DNA from: Lytechinus pictus
Taxonomy: Eukaryota
DNA length: 64,000 nt
Direction: 5' to 3'
NCBI RefSeq assembly: GCF_037042905.1
Contig: NC_087251.1
Coordinates: forward strand, 12,402,001-12,466,000
Shown here: positions 52,945 through 64,000 of the stretch, piece by piece
Position numbering within the stretch: the stretch's first letter is position 1
Layout of the letters: each line of letters begins with the position of its first letter
The notes under the pieces: model-generated
Database searches by the model: none
What the model saw: the letters and a program-made list of their open reading frames with translations, nothing else
What the model was told of the DNA's origin: nothing
Position numbers and translations under genes: made by a program

Positions 52945-54299
52945 ATTTATTTACAACACTGTCAACGTAATCAAAGCGACCTGGATATGAAACGCTTTGA
53001 ATGTTTAGTGACTTATGTTACACTTTGAATCCCACCATAAAGAAACATTTAATTGTATTGTACCCAACTCTGATCTTGGACTGATTATCAAATTTATCGA
53101 TCGTACTTGATATCATTTAACAAATACGCAAGCTTCTTGTAACCTTTTATTTGTATAAGCAGTAATTAGCTGTTAGGCAGAATAAAAACTGATACATAAC
53201 ACTGATAAAACTACATCAATTCGAACCCCTTTGATTTATATCATATGTTTATGTGTGTGTATAATTGATATTCGTGTATACATTAAAGTACATACATAAA
53301 TTACGGGTTGTATAGAGGGTGAAAGTCGACTGACAACGAAGTTAGGCAAGTTAAGTTTACATTTACAGAAATGGGATGAACTGAAGGTGAATAGGGATTT
53401 GAGTGTAAACGGGTAGGATGTGTCTCGAGTGGTGTGAGTGTGAATCTTGGTACAGTGTGAATGTTGATGATTGATTTTGTACCAGTTCTTTTCTATTTCC
53501 CCTTCTCTTTTATCAATCTGATTTGCAGATTCTCTTTTTGTCTATACCCTATATCGCAAAAAAAGTAAACGTTCATGAACATATCTGGTTATATGTTTGT
53601 TTATGTATGTATGTGTGCGGGTGGGTGGGTGTGTGTATGTGTGCATTATTATGTAAATATATGCTGAAGCTTGATGTAGAATGGTATCAGGGATATAATG
53701 ATAATAAATTATGCTGATTCTTTTTCTTAAAATTATTCAATATCAATTATTACTAGGTTACATAGCGGGTCGGGGCTCAGTTTAGTTATTTTTCGGGGGG
53801 TATAAAAATATATTTTAAGGCATTTAATTCCATCATTATTTGGTTCATTTTTTTAGTCAATATTTTTTATATTCTCGTTGATATAACATGAAGATTTGTA
53901 TTTTTGTTTGGTATTTATCTTGAGTTTATGTACATCATTTGAATGAAATCCTTAATAAAAAATGTATACCAATAAAGAAAAAAACAAATACACCTAAAGA
54001 AATCTTCAATATAACAGAACAAAAACTGCCATGATCCACATTTTTTAATTCATCCTGAAAGAGTATTTTGTCTCATTATAATTTGACACCGTATTTCCAT
54101 GATATATGTTTATGCTTGGATACTTCCAGATTGTATATACCACGTAAAACGGTATTAAATTATTTTGGAGAGTATATACTCTCCCACAATGTATATGTAC
54201 AAGTTTCATTTACACAGGCTACTTAAGAGGAGTAAATGTTTTATTTTTCTTACTCACTTAGTATATTTACGGATTCATTTATTAATGTAAGTTAATGTA

Positions 54300-54330
<31 letters not shown>

Positions 54331-54338
<8 letters not shown>

Positions 54339-54810
54339 AATAGTCTGCTTCGGCATAAGGAATATAATAATGACAATTGGTTTATTAAATGCCGTAGAGA
54401 TAACATCGTAAATTTTAAAAGGAGCGTAGCTCAAAAAAAATGTCACACTCTTAGTCAGTGCCCATGATGTGACCAAAAAAAAAAGAATTCAAGATCTGTT
54501 TCTGAAACAGTCGTGAAAAAAAACTTCTGTTCATGAACATACGGATTGTGAAACTCACCTTTCAAAGAAATCAATGCGCTGAAGATGGAGGAAGCGCACT
54601 GTAAAAGACGCATCTTAATGCGTTGCCATGACTGCAAGATGACAATGGCGAATCTCCGGCTCCAAAATAGGAAAATCTGAAAAGGGCCTCACCGCCAACA
54701 ATCGAGGTTTAGCAGTAAATAAAAGCACCTGAGTAAAATAGAAATAGTCGGCTTCGGCATAAGGAATAAAATAATCACAATTGGTTCATTAAATGCCGTA
54801 GAAATAAAAT
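54331..54810. repeat. Pair of ~77-bp direct repeats about 405 bp apart
   Basis: ATAGAAATAGTC.GCTTCGGCATAAGGAATA...TTAAATGCCGTAGA at ~54331-54407 and ~54735-54810. Confidence 0.85.
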
Positions 54811-56255
54811 CCCTTTTTAAAATCATTATTATTATTATTTCAGAAGCTTTTTAAAATATACCTTTCTTATGCAACAGACACATTTGTTACGAATATTGAT
54901 TCCATAGATAATCATATCCATTTTGATTGGTTGGCAGTTTCATTTCGATTCTCAAATACCATTCACAATATAACTGTCACGTTATGATATTTGCCCGTCT
55001 GTTTGCAAGACTCTTATTTCGTTCAAATTTTAGTAAAGTTTGCACTTGGTATACCTTTTACGTTTCCTGTAAAGTTTCGCTACAAATTAATGAGTTTTGA
55101 AGGTTAAGTTGTAGCGATGAAAGTTGACTTGATTTAGGAGAAAATGAAGTTCGGCCGATGAAGATTTTTTTTCACTATTGATTGTCATGGTTACCATGAA
55201 TTTTTCGGCAGGTTTATTTTATTATACGCACGTATTTTAATACAAGGCTGTCACGCAGTGTGTTCCGTTGGCAACTCAAGTTTCCTTTCATCTGTTTAAA
55301 TATAGAAAGTTCAGGCATCACTTTTACAAGGGCTCACAGGAAATTAAAAGTTTCTTGTGAATAGAGTTATCGATACACGGGCGGGGTTCAAGTGGCAATT
55401 TAATTGTTGGGATGTAAATTGAAAAATAAAATCGAGTGAAAATTATTGGCTGTTGGATTGATATGGTATATAAGAAGAATGAAAGTGAGGTATTTTGGAT
55501 AAAACAGGAATTTGAGAAGATGCATCGATGTCATGTAACTTTTAGAGCCGTAAAAGGTGCTTCAACGTTATTCCAATAAGAAACGGTCGATTGATCTGTA
55601 TACGGTAAGATTTTTTTTCACTTTCCTTTTTTCTTTCATGCAAATAAATCATCACTTTTCAGTCAGATTTTAAGTGATTATATTCTACTTTACTATTCTT
55701 ATTCTCAAATTCCAATTCATTTAAATTACTATCAGATTTCTGTATGTAAGAAGCAAAGATTAGTAAACTATTGTAAGTGGTGAAGTTGATGTTTGAGATT
55801 TGATGAGCATCTATTTTATATTTAGATGATCAGTGTTTGTTAAAAGTTTTCTAGGGTTCCATTTTTCTGTAGATTAATCGAAACTTAAGGGCAGTCGAAT
55901 TGTGATATTCCTACAAAAAATTCTGGTTTATGAATTCATTCGATTACTTATTTTCAAACCTAGCTTATGAATGTTCTAACGCGTGTATAGCTTTAAGTCC
56001 AAATAAAACACATACTGAAAAACAATAGATGGCGTATTCCATGGCTCAGTATTAGCACATTCAGTCTTAGGCCTGCTCTTCTCTAAAGTATTTGTATCAA
56101 GGTTGTTTTCTCCCCTTTCATTAACATTAGGCCGTGCCCTACTTTAATCACATACTGACAGTTTTGCTGATCGTGACAGTACGTCTGTAAGTGAAAAGCA
56201 ACCTTTCATACGTCGAGTAAGCTTAACTAGTGACATCTGTTAAAGTCAAGAAGAT

Positions 56256-57332
56256 ATGTCTATCGAATCATCCTTCCCGATGAACTTTACATTTGCCTCA
56301 TCCTCTGAGTATTTCGACACGGATGATGGTAATGACACGTTAAGAGTATGGTCATGGCATCCTTTAGTTTGGCATTGGTGGTTGATTCTGCAACTGATGT
56401 CTGCAGTGACTGGTATGGCTGGAAACCTCTTGGTCATTCTCGTATTGTATAAGTGTCGTGCAGCAAGTCGCTCTACCGACATCCTGGTTGGAAGCTTGGC
56501 CACTGCTGATCTTCTGGCGTCCTTTCTGATGATTCCCCTCCCAGCTCATCGGACTGTTCCGGTCTCAACGCTAGGTTACGTCTACTGCTGTTTCGGTGGA
56601 AGCAACGTATTGATGTGGATCTGTCTTGGAGCATCCACTTATAGCCTCGTAGCCATCTCCTGTGATCGTTACTTTGCCATTGTACATCCGTTGCAGTTCA
56701 AGCGCCATGTCACCAAAGGCCGTGTCTGTTTGATCGTCAAATTGATGTGGTTCATTGTTAGCCTTCTCTTTGGAATTCCCGTTTTCACATCCTATGGGGT
56801 AGACAGCAGCAGGAATGCTTGTTCATTCTTGTTCAGTACCAATAGAGCTAAGGCGGTCTATGGATGTTTCATTTTGCTATTTCGTTTCATCATCCCAACC
56901 TTGATACTCGCAGTCACCCAATCTTCGATCGCTGTCGTCCTCCACAGGGAGTCCAAAACATTCAGGAAAGCCGTTAAGGGAACCCAACGTTCTGTACATT
57001 TGGCAGCTCGTGATCACGTCATTAAGCTCATGCTCATTGTTATCATCGCATTCATCATCTGCTGGTTACCAAGTCAAATATTCTTCTTCGGTGTCAACAT
57101 TGGTTTCATCTCCATCAAGTATTTTTTCACTCCAACTCAATATGTGTGCAGAGTAATGGCACTCTGTAATTCTTGTCTGAACCCTATCATTTACATCGTT
57201 AGGCATCCTAACTTTCGCGTGGCACTTGGAGAGCTTTTTAGACGCTCTGACAGTACGAAAGCCAGCGGTCCTATTTTTGAGCAAAACGGGGTAAACCTTC
57301 AAAATAATGTTACCATTTCTACTATCATTTAA
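56256..57332 (+). CDS. Intronless class A (rhodopsin-family) GPCR, orphan, peptide-receptor-like, 358 aa
   Basis: Seven hydrophobic segments with GNLLV (TM1), SLATAD (TM2), CDRYFAIVHP (TM3), CWLP (TM6), NPIIY (TM7) and HPNFR (helix 8). N-glycosylation sequons in the N-terminus; AATAAA at 57438. Confidence 0.95.
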   Translation: MSIESSFPMNFTFASSSEYFDTDDGNDTLRVWSWHPLVWHWWLILQLMSAVTGMAGNLLVILVLYKCRAASRSTDILVGSLATADLLASFLMIPLPAHRTVPVSTLGYVYCCFGGSNVLMWICLGASTYSLVAISCDRYFAIVHPLQFKRHVTKGRVCLIVKLMWFIVSLLFGIPVFTSYGVDSSRNACSFLFSTNRAKAVYGCFILLFRFIIPTLILAVTQSSIAVVLHRESKTFRKAVKGTQRSVHLAARDHVIKLMLIVIIAFIICWLPSQIFFFGVNIGFISIKYFFTPTQYVCRVMALCNSCLNPIIYIVRHPNFRVALGELFRRSDSTKASGPIFEQNGVNLQNNVTISTII

Positions 57333-57589
57333 GTATGGATTTTTGTAAAAACATCGTGTGACATTGTTGTCCTTTTCATATTACACTTTGAAATTTACAT
57401 TAAAGCAGTTCCATAATGATGATATGTATACTTGTACAATAAAAACTTAAAGGGTCAATTACACCATAGCAAAAAAATATATTACCGCATCAAGTCATCA
57501 ATTTTAGCCCGCCTTCTACAAACCATCTCAAAAATGACGTAACCGTGATCTCTCCTCCTTAATTTTACTTGCATTAATTTTGATGTTCA

Positions 57590-59860
57590 TGAATTGCAAC
57601 ATAAAACAGTCAGGTTTATAGATTTCAAACAGTTTGATGAATCTTCATTTCTTGATGATATTAGTAAATGTGAGGTTTATGCAATTTTAATGGTAATTAA
57701 TATGACAATTCGGTTATTAATGATCAGATAGGGTTAAAATGGAAGGAAGCATTTTCATCATTTTGTAATCGACATGCTCCTATAAAGGAAGTACGGCTAA
57801 AGAATCGATATATAATCCTTGGATGACTAATGATATTCTCGAACTTATATCAACGTGACTACCTTAAAGACAAGTCTGATGATGAGGAACTTGAAGATGA
57901 ATATCGTAAAATCAGAAATAAAGTTCTCTCGTCTATTCGTGAAGCAAAAATGAAGTACTTTATTGAAATTTCATCTAAGTTTCAAAATGACTCCATAAAG
58001 CTTTGGAAAGAACTTAATTTGGCTACTGGCAAATATTCAAATTCTTTTCATAATGACCTAAGTCTTAAAAAACTTAACGAACACATTGCCAATGTTGGAC
58101 GAAATTTTACTAATTCTTTTAATCATTGCAAACAACCGAATTGAAAAAAACCCAAAATGTATTCATACTTGTTGCACTAGCAAATTTTAGAGATTGATAG
58201 TAAACTTCTTGAAAAATCACAATCTCTCATACTTTCGTCGTTGACTTGTATTTTTTTAAATTACTCTTTAAAAAATTGATTAGTATTTAATGACTGGAAT
58301 TATTCAAGAGTAACATCTATCTATAAAGGAAAGGGGCCCAAGGATTCATGTTCAAATTATAGACCGATTTCAGTTGTATGCCATCTTGCCAAAATTATAG
58401 AGAAATTAGATCAAAAATGTCTTCACTCTTATTTAATAGACAATGATTTGATAACTTCTGATCAGTCTTCTTTTTTAAAACATCACTCTACAGTAAATTG
58501 TCTCCATCGTGTTATAGATGACTGGTATGATGCACTTAATCACGAAATGGTATAGGCGCTTGTTTTCAGATACAGTATATCAAATTGCTTTGACACAATT
58601 TATCATAAAATGTTGTTATTTAAATTAGAAAAGTATGGGGTATCTGTAAATATGGGGTACTTTTGTGGTTCAAAATTTACTTAACAAATCGGAAGCAATC
58701 AGTAAGATGTCATGGAAAACAGTCAAACCCTATTTTTTTTACAGTTGGAATTCCACAGGGGGAGTGTTAGGCCCGGATTTATTTTTTTATATTTATTTTC
58801 CTTTTGTTTACATTTCGTTTATTTCCATTTTCAACAATTACAGTTTGTTTTGTACACTTTGACATACAAATAACAAAACATATTTCAAATATTGAAGATT
58901 ATTACATATCAGGTTAGAAATGGAGGAGGCTGCTATATAAAAAGCGGAGCTCGTAGAGTGCAGCCTCCTAATAAATGATATTGTACAATGGATTTATAAA
59001 TGATATTGTACAATGAATTTCGACTGCTGTTTGTAATAATTTTGCTGATGATGTTATTGTGTACATTTCCGATTCTAAGTTAAGTAACATTCAACGCGAT
59101 TAACAGGTATGTTTACATGAAATTGATAAATGGTATAAAGACAATTTTGTAAAGATTAATATTACTAAAACTAGTATAATGTTTATTTCAACTCTTTATT
59201 AAAAAAAAACAAAGTAAAACTTGATATAAAGCTTAACGGTGAGCAACTCTAACAAGTTAATTCTGTAAGTAGGTGTTAAAATTGATAATAATCTCATTAA
59301 TGTCCATGTCAAACATATTTGTAGATCAATATCATTTAAGTTACATACTTTACGACATTTAAGTTCAACTCTTGAAACAGATTTACTGAATACTTTATAT
59401 AAAACAACTATTCAGCCATGTATAGATTACGCTTGTTCTGTTTGGGGGAATATTGTTCATTGAAAAACAGGGAACTTATCATAAGACTGCAAAGACGAGC
59501 GGCACGTATAGTAATGAAGGAATATGATTTTTCTATTAGTTGTACAGATTTAATGAAGAAACTGAAATGGCAATCTTTTTATACAAAGAGGGATTATTTA
59601 TTATGTATTTTAGCTTATCAATGTATATATGGCCTTGCACCTATTAGACTCTGTAATGATATTGAACTATTTACAGATATGCATGGAATGTATACACGAA
59701 ATGCTGTTTCACTGAATGTTGTATTACCTAAGCAAAATATTGAATGTTTCAATTCTTTAAATATAGTGCAATAAAGACATGGAACTCCTTGCCAAATGAA
59801 CTCCAGAATATTTCAAACCTTGTACATTTCAAGAGGTCGTACAAAAAGTATTTTAAAATT
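57590..59860 (+). mobile_element. Decayed CR1/L2-like LINE ORF2 (reverse transcriptase pseudogene)
   Basis: Frameshifted remnants PWMT, DWNYSRVTSIYKGKG, NYRPISVVCHLAKIIEK, HHSTVNCLHRVIDDWY, FADD (~59042) and LQRRAARIV. An unrelated ~200-bp insert lies near 58780-58970. Confidence 0.88.
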
Positions 59861-60092
59861 GACAGTAGACTGATATTTTATCCATATTTCATTGTGTAAT
59901 TATAGTTAATTCTGTATTACGTTGTTGCACTCCTTTCTTTCCTCTCACTCTATACTTCTATCATATACTTAACCACATTATCTCTATCTTACCCCTCTCT
60001 GTTTCTTTTATGATTTTTTCCCTGAACTCTGCATCCTCAGATTCTATCTTCCTGCTCTTTCTATTTTTCTTGCAACTTTTATTGTACATTAA

Positions 60093-60695
60093 AGGACAAG
60101 TCCACCCCAACAAAAATTTGATTTGAATAAAAAGAGAGAAATCCAACAAGCATAACACTGAAAATTTCATCAAAATCGGATGTAAAATAAGAAAGTTATG
60201 ACATTTTAAAGTTTCGCTTAATTTCACAAAACAGTTATATGCACATCCCAGTCGGTATGCAAATGAGGAAACTGATCACATCACTCACTCACTATTTCTT
60301 TTGTATTTTATTATATGAAATATGAAATATTCTTATTTTCTCCTCATTGTCCTGTGAAACAAAGTTTTATTTCTCCCTGAACATGTTGAATTACCATTGT
60401 TTAACATTTTATGGTTCAGTCAAGTTGCTCCTTATTGTCAAATCTGCACAAATTGAAATAATGTATTATTCGAACAATAAAGAACAAAAGAAATAGTGAG
60501 TGAGGGACATCATCGATTCTCTCGTTTGCATGTGAATAAATTGTGCATATAAAATATTTTGTGAAAAATAAGCGAAATTTTAAAATGTCATAAATTCCTA
60601 ATTTTACATCCGATTTGATGATATTTTCAGCATCATGCTTGTCTGATTTTTCTCTATTGATTCAAGTCAACATTTTTATGAGGTGGACTTGACCT
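60093..60695. mobile_element. ~600-bp TTAA-TSD MITE, copy 3 (opposite orientation)
   Basis: TTAA-AGGACAAGTCCACCCC...GAGGTGGACTTGACCT-TTAA. Confidence 0.9.
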
Positions 60696-61329
60696 TTAAG
60701 TATACCTAGTATTTTAACTTAAGTTTTGTATGCATTTTTACTGTTGCTTGATATTTTCGATTTAACAGGACCGTGTTGAAAAACAGTGTATTTTATCCGA
60801 ACATGTTATAAAGATGGTTTTAATAAATAAATTTGTAAAAACCCCACTGAAACAAGTAACTTAAACATATAATTTCAGTTTCCATCATATCATGCAGTTA
60901 ATGAAATATGTAGGCCTAATTATAAATACACATTAAGATATTGTTATTTGTAAAATATGTGAATAAATTTTAAACAAAACATAAGATTAATATTCAATTC
61001 AAAGTTTTGAAAATATGATTAAACGAAATAATAAGGCTTTAAATTAATTCATGTTGTCCTGGTGACAAAATTACGAAAATTTATTTTTGTTATGTCAATA
61101 ACGACTATTTCATATGACGCATTGTATTAGAAAATATGTTGTACAGTGAGTATTAGTAACAGATTTAAAAAAAATACAACATGGGGATATTTTTCCAAAT
61201 ATATTTTTAGGATTTTGTCTCAGGTGTAAGATGAAGGTATGATTTTTGACAGAATGTTACGCTTAAGTGTGCGCTGTCTATTTTTTTAAAGCTCGCGGAA
61301 ATCGGTTTGCGCAAAAAATGTAATTTTCA

Positions 61330-63171
61330 CGCGGGGCGTTGCTAGGCCTTTTCAAGTGGGGGGGGGGGTGGGTGGAGGCCTTGACTACCGACAAATATCG
61401 TTACTGACTACCGACGTCCGGCGACAATGAATCTCGTTTTTGTTCTACATCCTCCTTAGACACTTTTTCTTTCGTCATACCCAGGGGCAGTTCCAGCTTT
61501 CATCAATGAGGGGGGGGGGCAGAGCGAAAATATTTTCAACCACATATATTTTGGCGGCCGCCAATATCTGATCTTTTTTTTTTCTTTCTTTATAGAGGTT
61601 AGTCCTAACTAATTTTTTATTCTTAGAAGCAAGATAAGGTGTTTATTGCGGCCTGAATATGAATTACCATGCGAACACGAAGCGCGATTCAATTTATTTA
61701 GACCTGAAAATTGAACATTATTAACACTTTTGTAATAATAAACTACTTAGGTTACTGTTGGGTATCCTATTAAACGGCCCATGCGAGCGCAGAGCGCGAG
61801 CTGAAATTCTTAATATAGGCCCACTGGCCAGCAAAAAGACCTGTTCGCAGTGACATTTCTCGCCAATCCAAACATGAGAACGCGAAGCGCTAGCTTAAAA
61901 AAAAAATGTTTTAACCTGAAAACTCGATTGTAACCATAAAGAGGATGGATATATTAACTAAACAATTGATCTAAGCGCGAAGCGCGAGCTGAAAATTTTG
62001 ATTTCCGACAGTAAAACTTGACATTCTAAGCACTCTTTGTATGAATACTATGCCTATATAACTTAGATTTCGCATATGTAATTGAACAAGCTGTGTATCT
62101 AATTAATAAACATAATGCGAGCGCGAAGAGCGAGCTGATTTTTTTTGTATAGTACTGACCCGAAAGGGAAATTTTAAGCACTGTCCAAACAGATGAAGGA
62201 GAGAATATTGATCTCACTGAATATATGGCGCGAAGCGCGAGCTGATTTTTTTTAGATTTAGACTTTAGACCATTACGTTCTTATCACTGTCGGTACAGAA
62301 GCGCGAGCTGACAACTTTTGATATTTTGACTTGACAACTTAACATTTTTTTACGTTTTTATATAAAGAACAGAGTCAGATGCGGCATATGCAATTCAACA
62401 AGCTGTGTATCTTAATGCGAGCGTGAAGCGCGAGCGGAAAATTTTGACATTCTGATGGAAATTTAAGCACTGTCCAACATAAAGGAGAATTGTGGAGAGG
62501 GTATGGATCTCACTAAATATACGATGCGAGCGCGAAGCACGAGCTGAACATATTTTGACACTTAGACCTTAAACCGGGATTTTCTAATCATTAATTGTCG
62601 GTACCCCGGTCTGTACAGAGAGCTCCCCACGTTCGCATTGCGCAAAATAAATTACAATTTAACGATAACATGTGCAATTTGACATTATTTTACCGACAAA
62701 GGTAAAGGTACCGAGCAAGAACAAGGTACATGGAGAAGTTTGAACAGTCCTGCGTGACCCGACACATGGAAAGTTTGTCATTTTCCCGACAATCGTCAGT
62801 TCAACAGCCCTAGGCTTGCGTATAGCAGACAATTTATCATTTTTCCAACATCTCAGACTCCGCACCTTTAATTACACCGACAAACAGGCATATTTACTTT
62901 AAACCTTGTCTCTTCTCTTACTGATTTCCTCCTTTCTTTTGTTTTCCTCTTTCTCTTTGTCACTTTATTTTTTATTTATTTCTTCCTTCCTCCCTTTCTT
63001 TCTTTTTCTTTATCTCTTTCTCTTCTTTCCCTTTTTCTTTTCCCTTTCTCCCTTCTTTTTCCCCCTCTCGTTCCTTTTCTTCATTTTTCCCAACGGCAGC
63101 ACTGATTTACCGACGATATCCACATTACTAGGGGGCGTCGCACCCCCCCCCCCCCCTTAGCGGTGGCCCTG
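61330..63171. repeat. Composite of degenerate non-autonomous elements including GCGCGAAGCGCGAGC-motif repeats
   Basis: The motif array spans 61670-62550, with G/C-tract termini and a pyrimidine-rich tract at 62905-63090. Confidence 0.55.
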
Positions 63172-64000
63172 TTTTCACGTTGTGTAAGGTGAAGAGGCAA
63201 AAATCAACTGACCGTGCTGTAAATTTCTCGTATACTCTTTATATATTTTTTTTCATTTTTCATCAATGGAAATAAAACGGATATCTTGTCTGCTTCCCGA
63301 ATTAACATTGAAACCCTAGGTAAACAAAACTTTTTAAGATGGACAATGTTACTTTCCAAACATTACTGTCGTCAATGTATGTACCAGCTGGTTCTGAGGA
63401 CACAAAATGAAACAAATTAATATAATCAAGCGTTCATTCCAGACACCTCCAACATTTTTAAAGTAATTTTTGTCAGTTAAAAGGGGTTTACATTTCATAC
63501 TTCATTTCATATTTGTTTCTCCACACTTTCCTCAGGCATGACAAAAAAACCGGAGAAAAACAAGAAAAATCAAACCCATGCGAATCAATGCTACATACAA
63601 AGTAAATATTATCGCAATGGTCTTGGTTGGTGGGAATTAAGAGCAGTGGCGCACTATGAAGTGTTTTGGGCAAAGAAACGAGTTAGAAAGGAAAAGGATA
63701 TATTTAAATCAATTTTCTCCACATGGGCGTCGATCAATGTTTCTGATTAGGTGGGGACAAATGTGAAAAAATATCAAAATTTTCCTCCCTCTCTGCGCGC
63801 CCGATAATAATACAGAATCGCCTCCAAAAATTGAAACTTTTGTGAGTTTAAAAGAATTTTATAGTTTTATAGTACTTTCCAGTGCTTTTTTAAACATACG
63901 TGGCATATCTAAGTGAATACAAATATTTCAAGTTGCCTATTATCGGGGGGATCAATATGTCTGACCGCCAATATATTGGGGATCACCCCCTCCCTCCGAG

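Noticed and set aside
57830..59774. ORFs 57830-58144 and 59418-59774 as host genes
   Set aside because: They are fragments of a frameshifted LINE ORF2.
62906..63160. F/L/S-rich membrane-protein-like ORF (also 12755-13069 and 33028-33411)
   Set aside because: These are low-complexity pyrimidine tracts within repeats.

Overview
Eukaryotic, AT-rich, repeat-dense genomic DNA. Repeat style and gene content suggest a marine invertebrate, probably a sea urchin (inference). There are no prokaryotic features. Reading splice sites by hand gives two complete, tandem, minus-strand 14-exon genes (16861-37489, 447 aa; 39723-52944, 448 aa). Each encodes a secreted single-domain phospholipase B1-like GDSL/SGNH lipase with an intact catalytic set and a probable GPI-anchor tail. 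An intronless class A GPCR lies head-to-head with them (56256-57332). A 46-nt first coding exon at 11706-11751 (minus strand) resembles the start of a SYNJ2BP-like PDZ protein; the rest of that gene probably lies left of the window. The remainder is mobile and repetitive DNA: a truncated DD34E Tc1 element with a fold-back junction, decayed LINEs, tRNA-derived SINEs, many MITEs (one three-level nest), a ~1.94 kb nested quasi-palindrome, minisatellites and local tandem duplications. I found no clear new biological system. The best leads are the single-domain PLB1 pair, the long palindrome, the Tc1 repair junction and the atypical GPCR.
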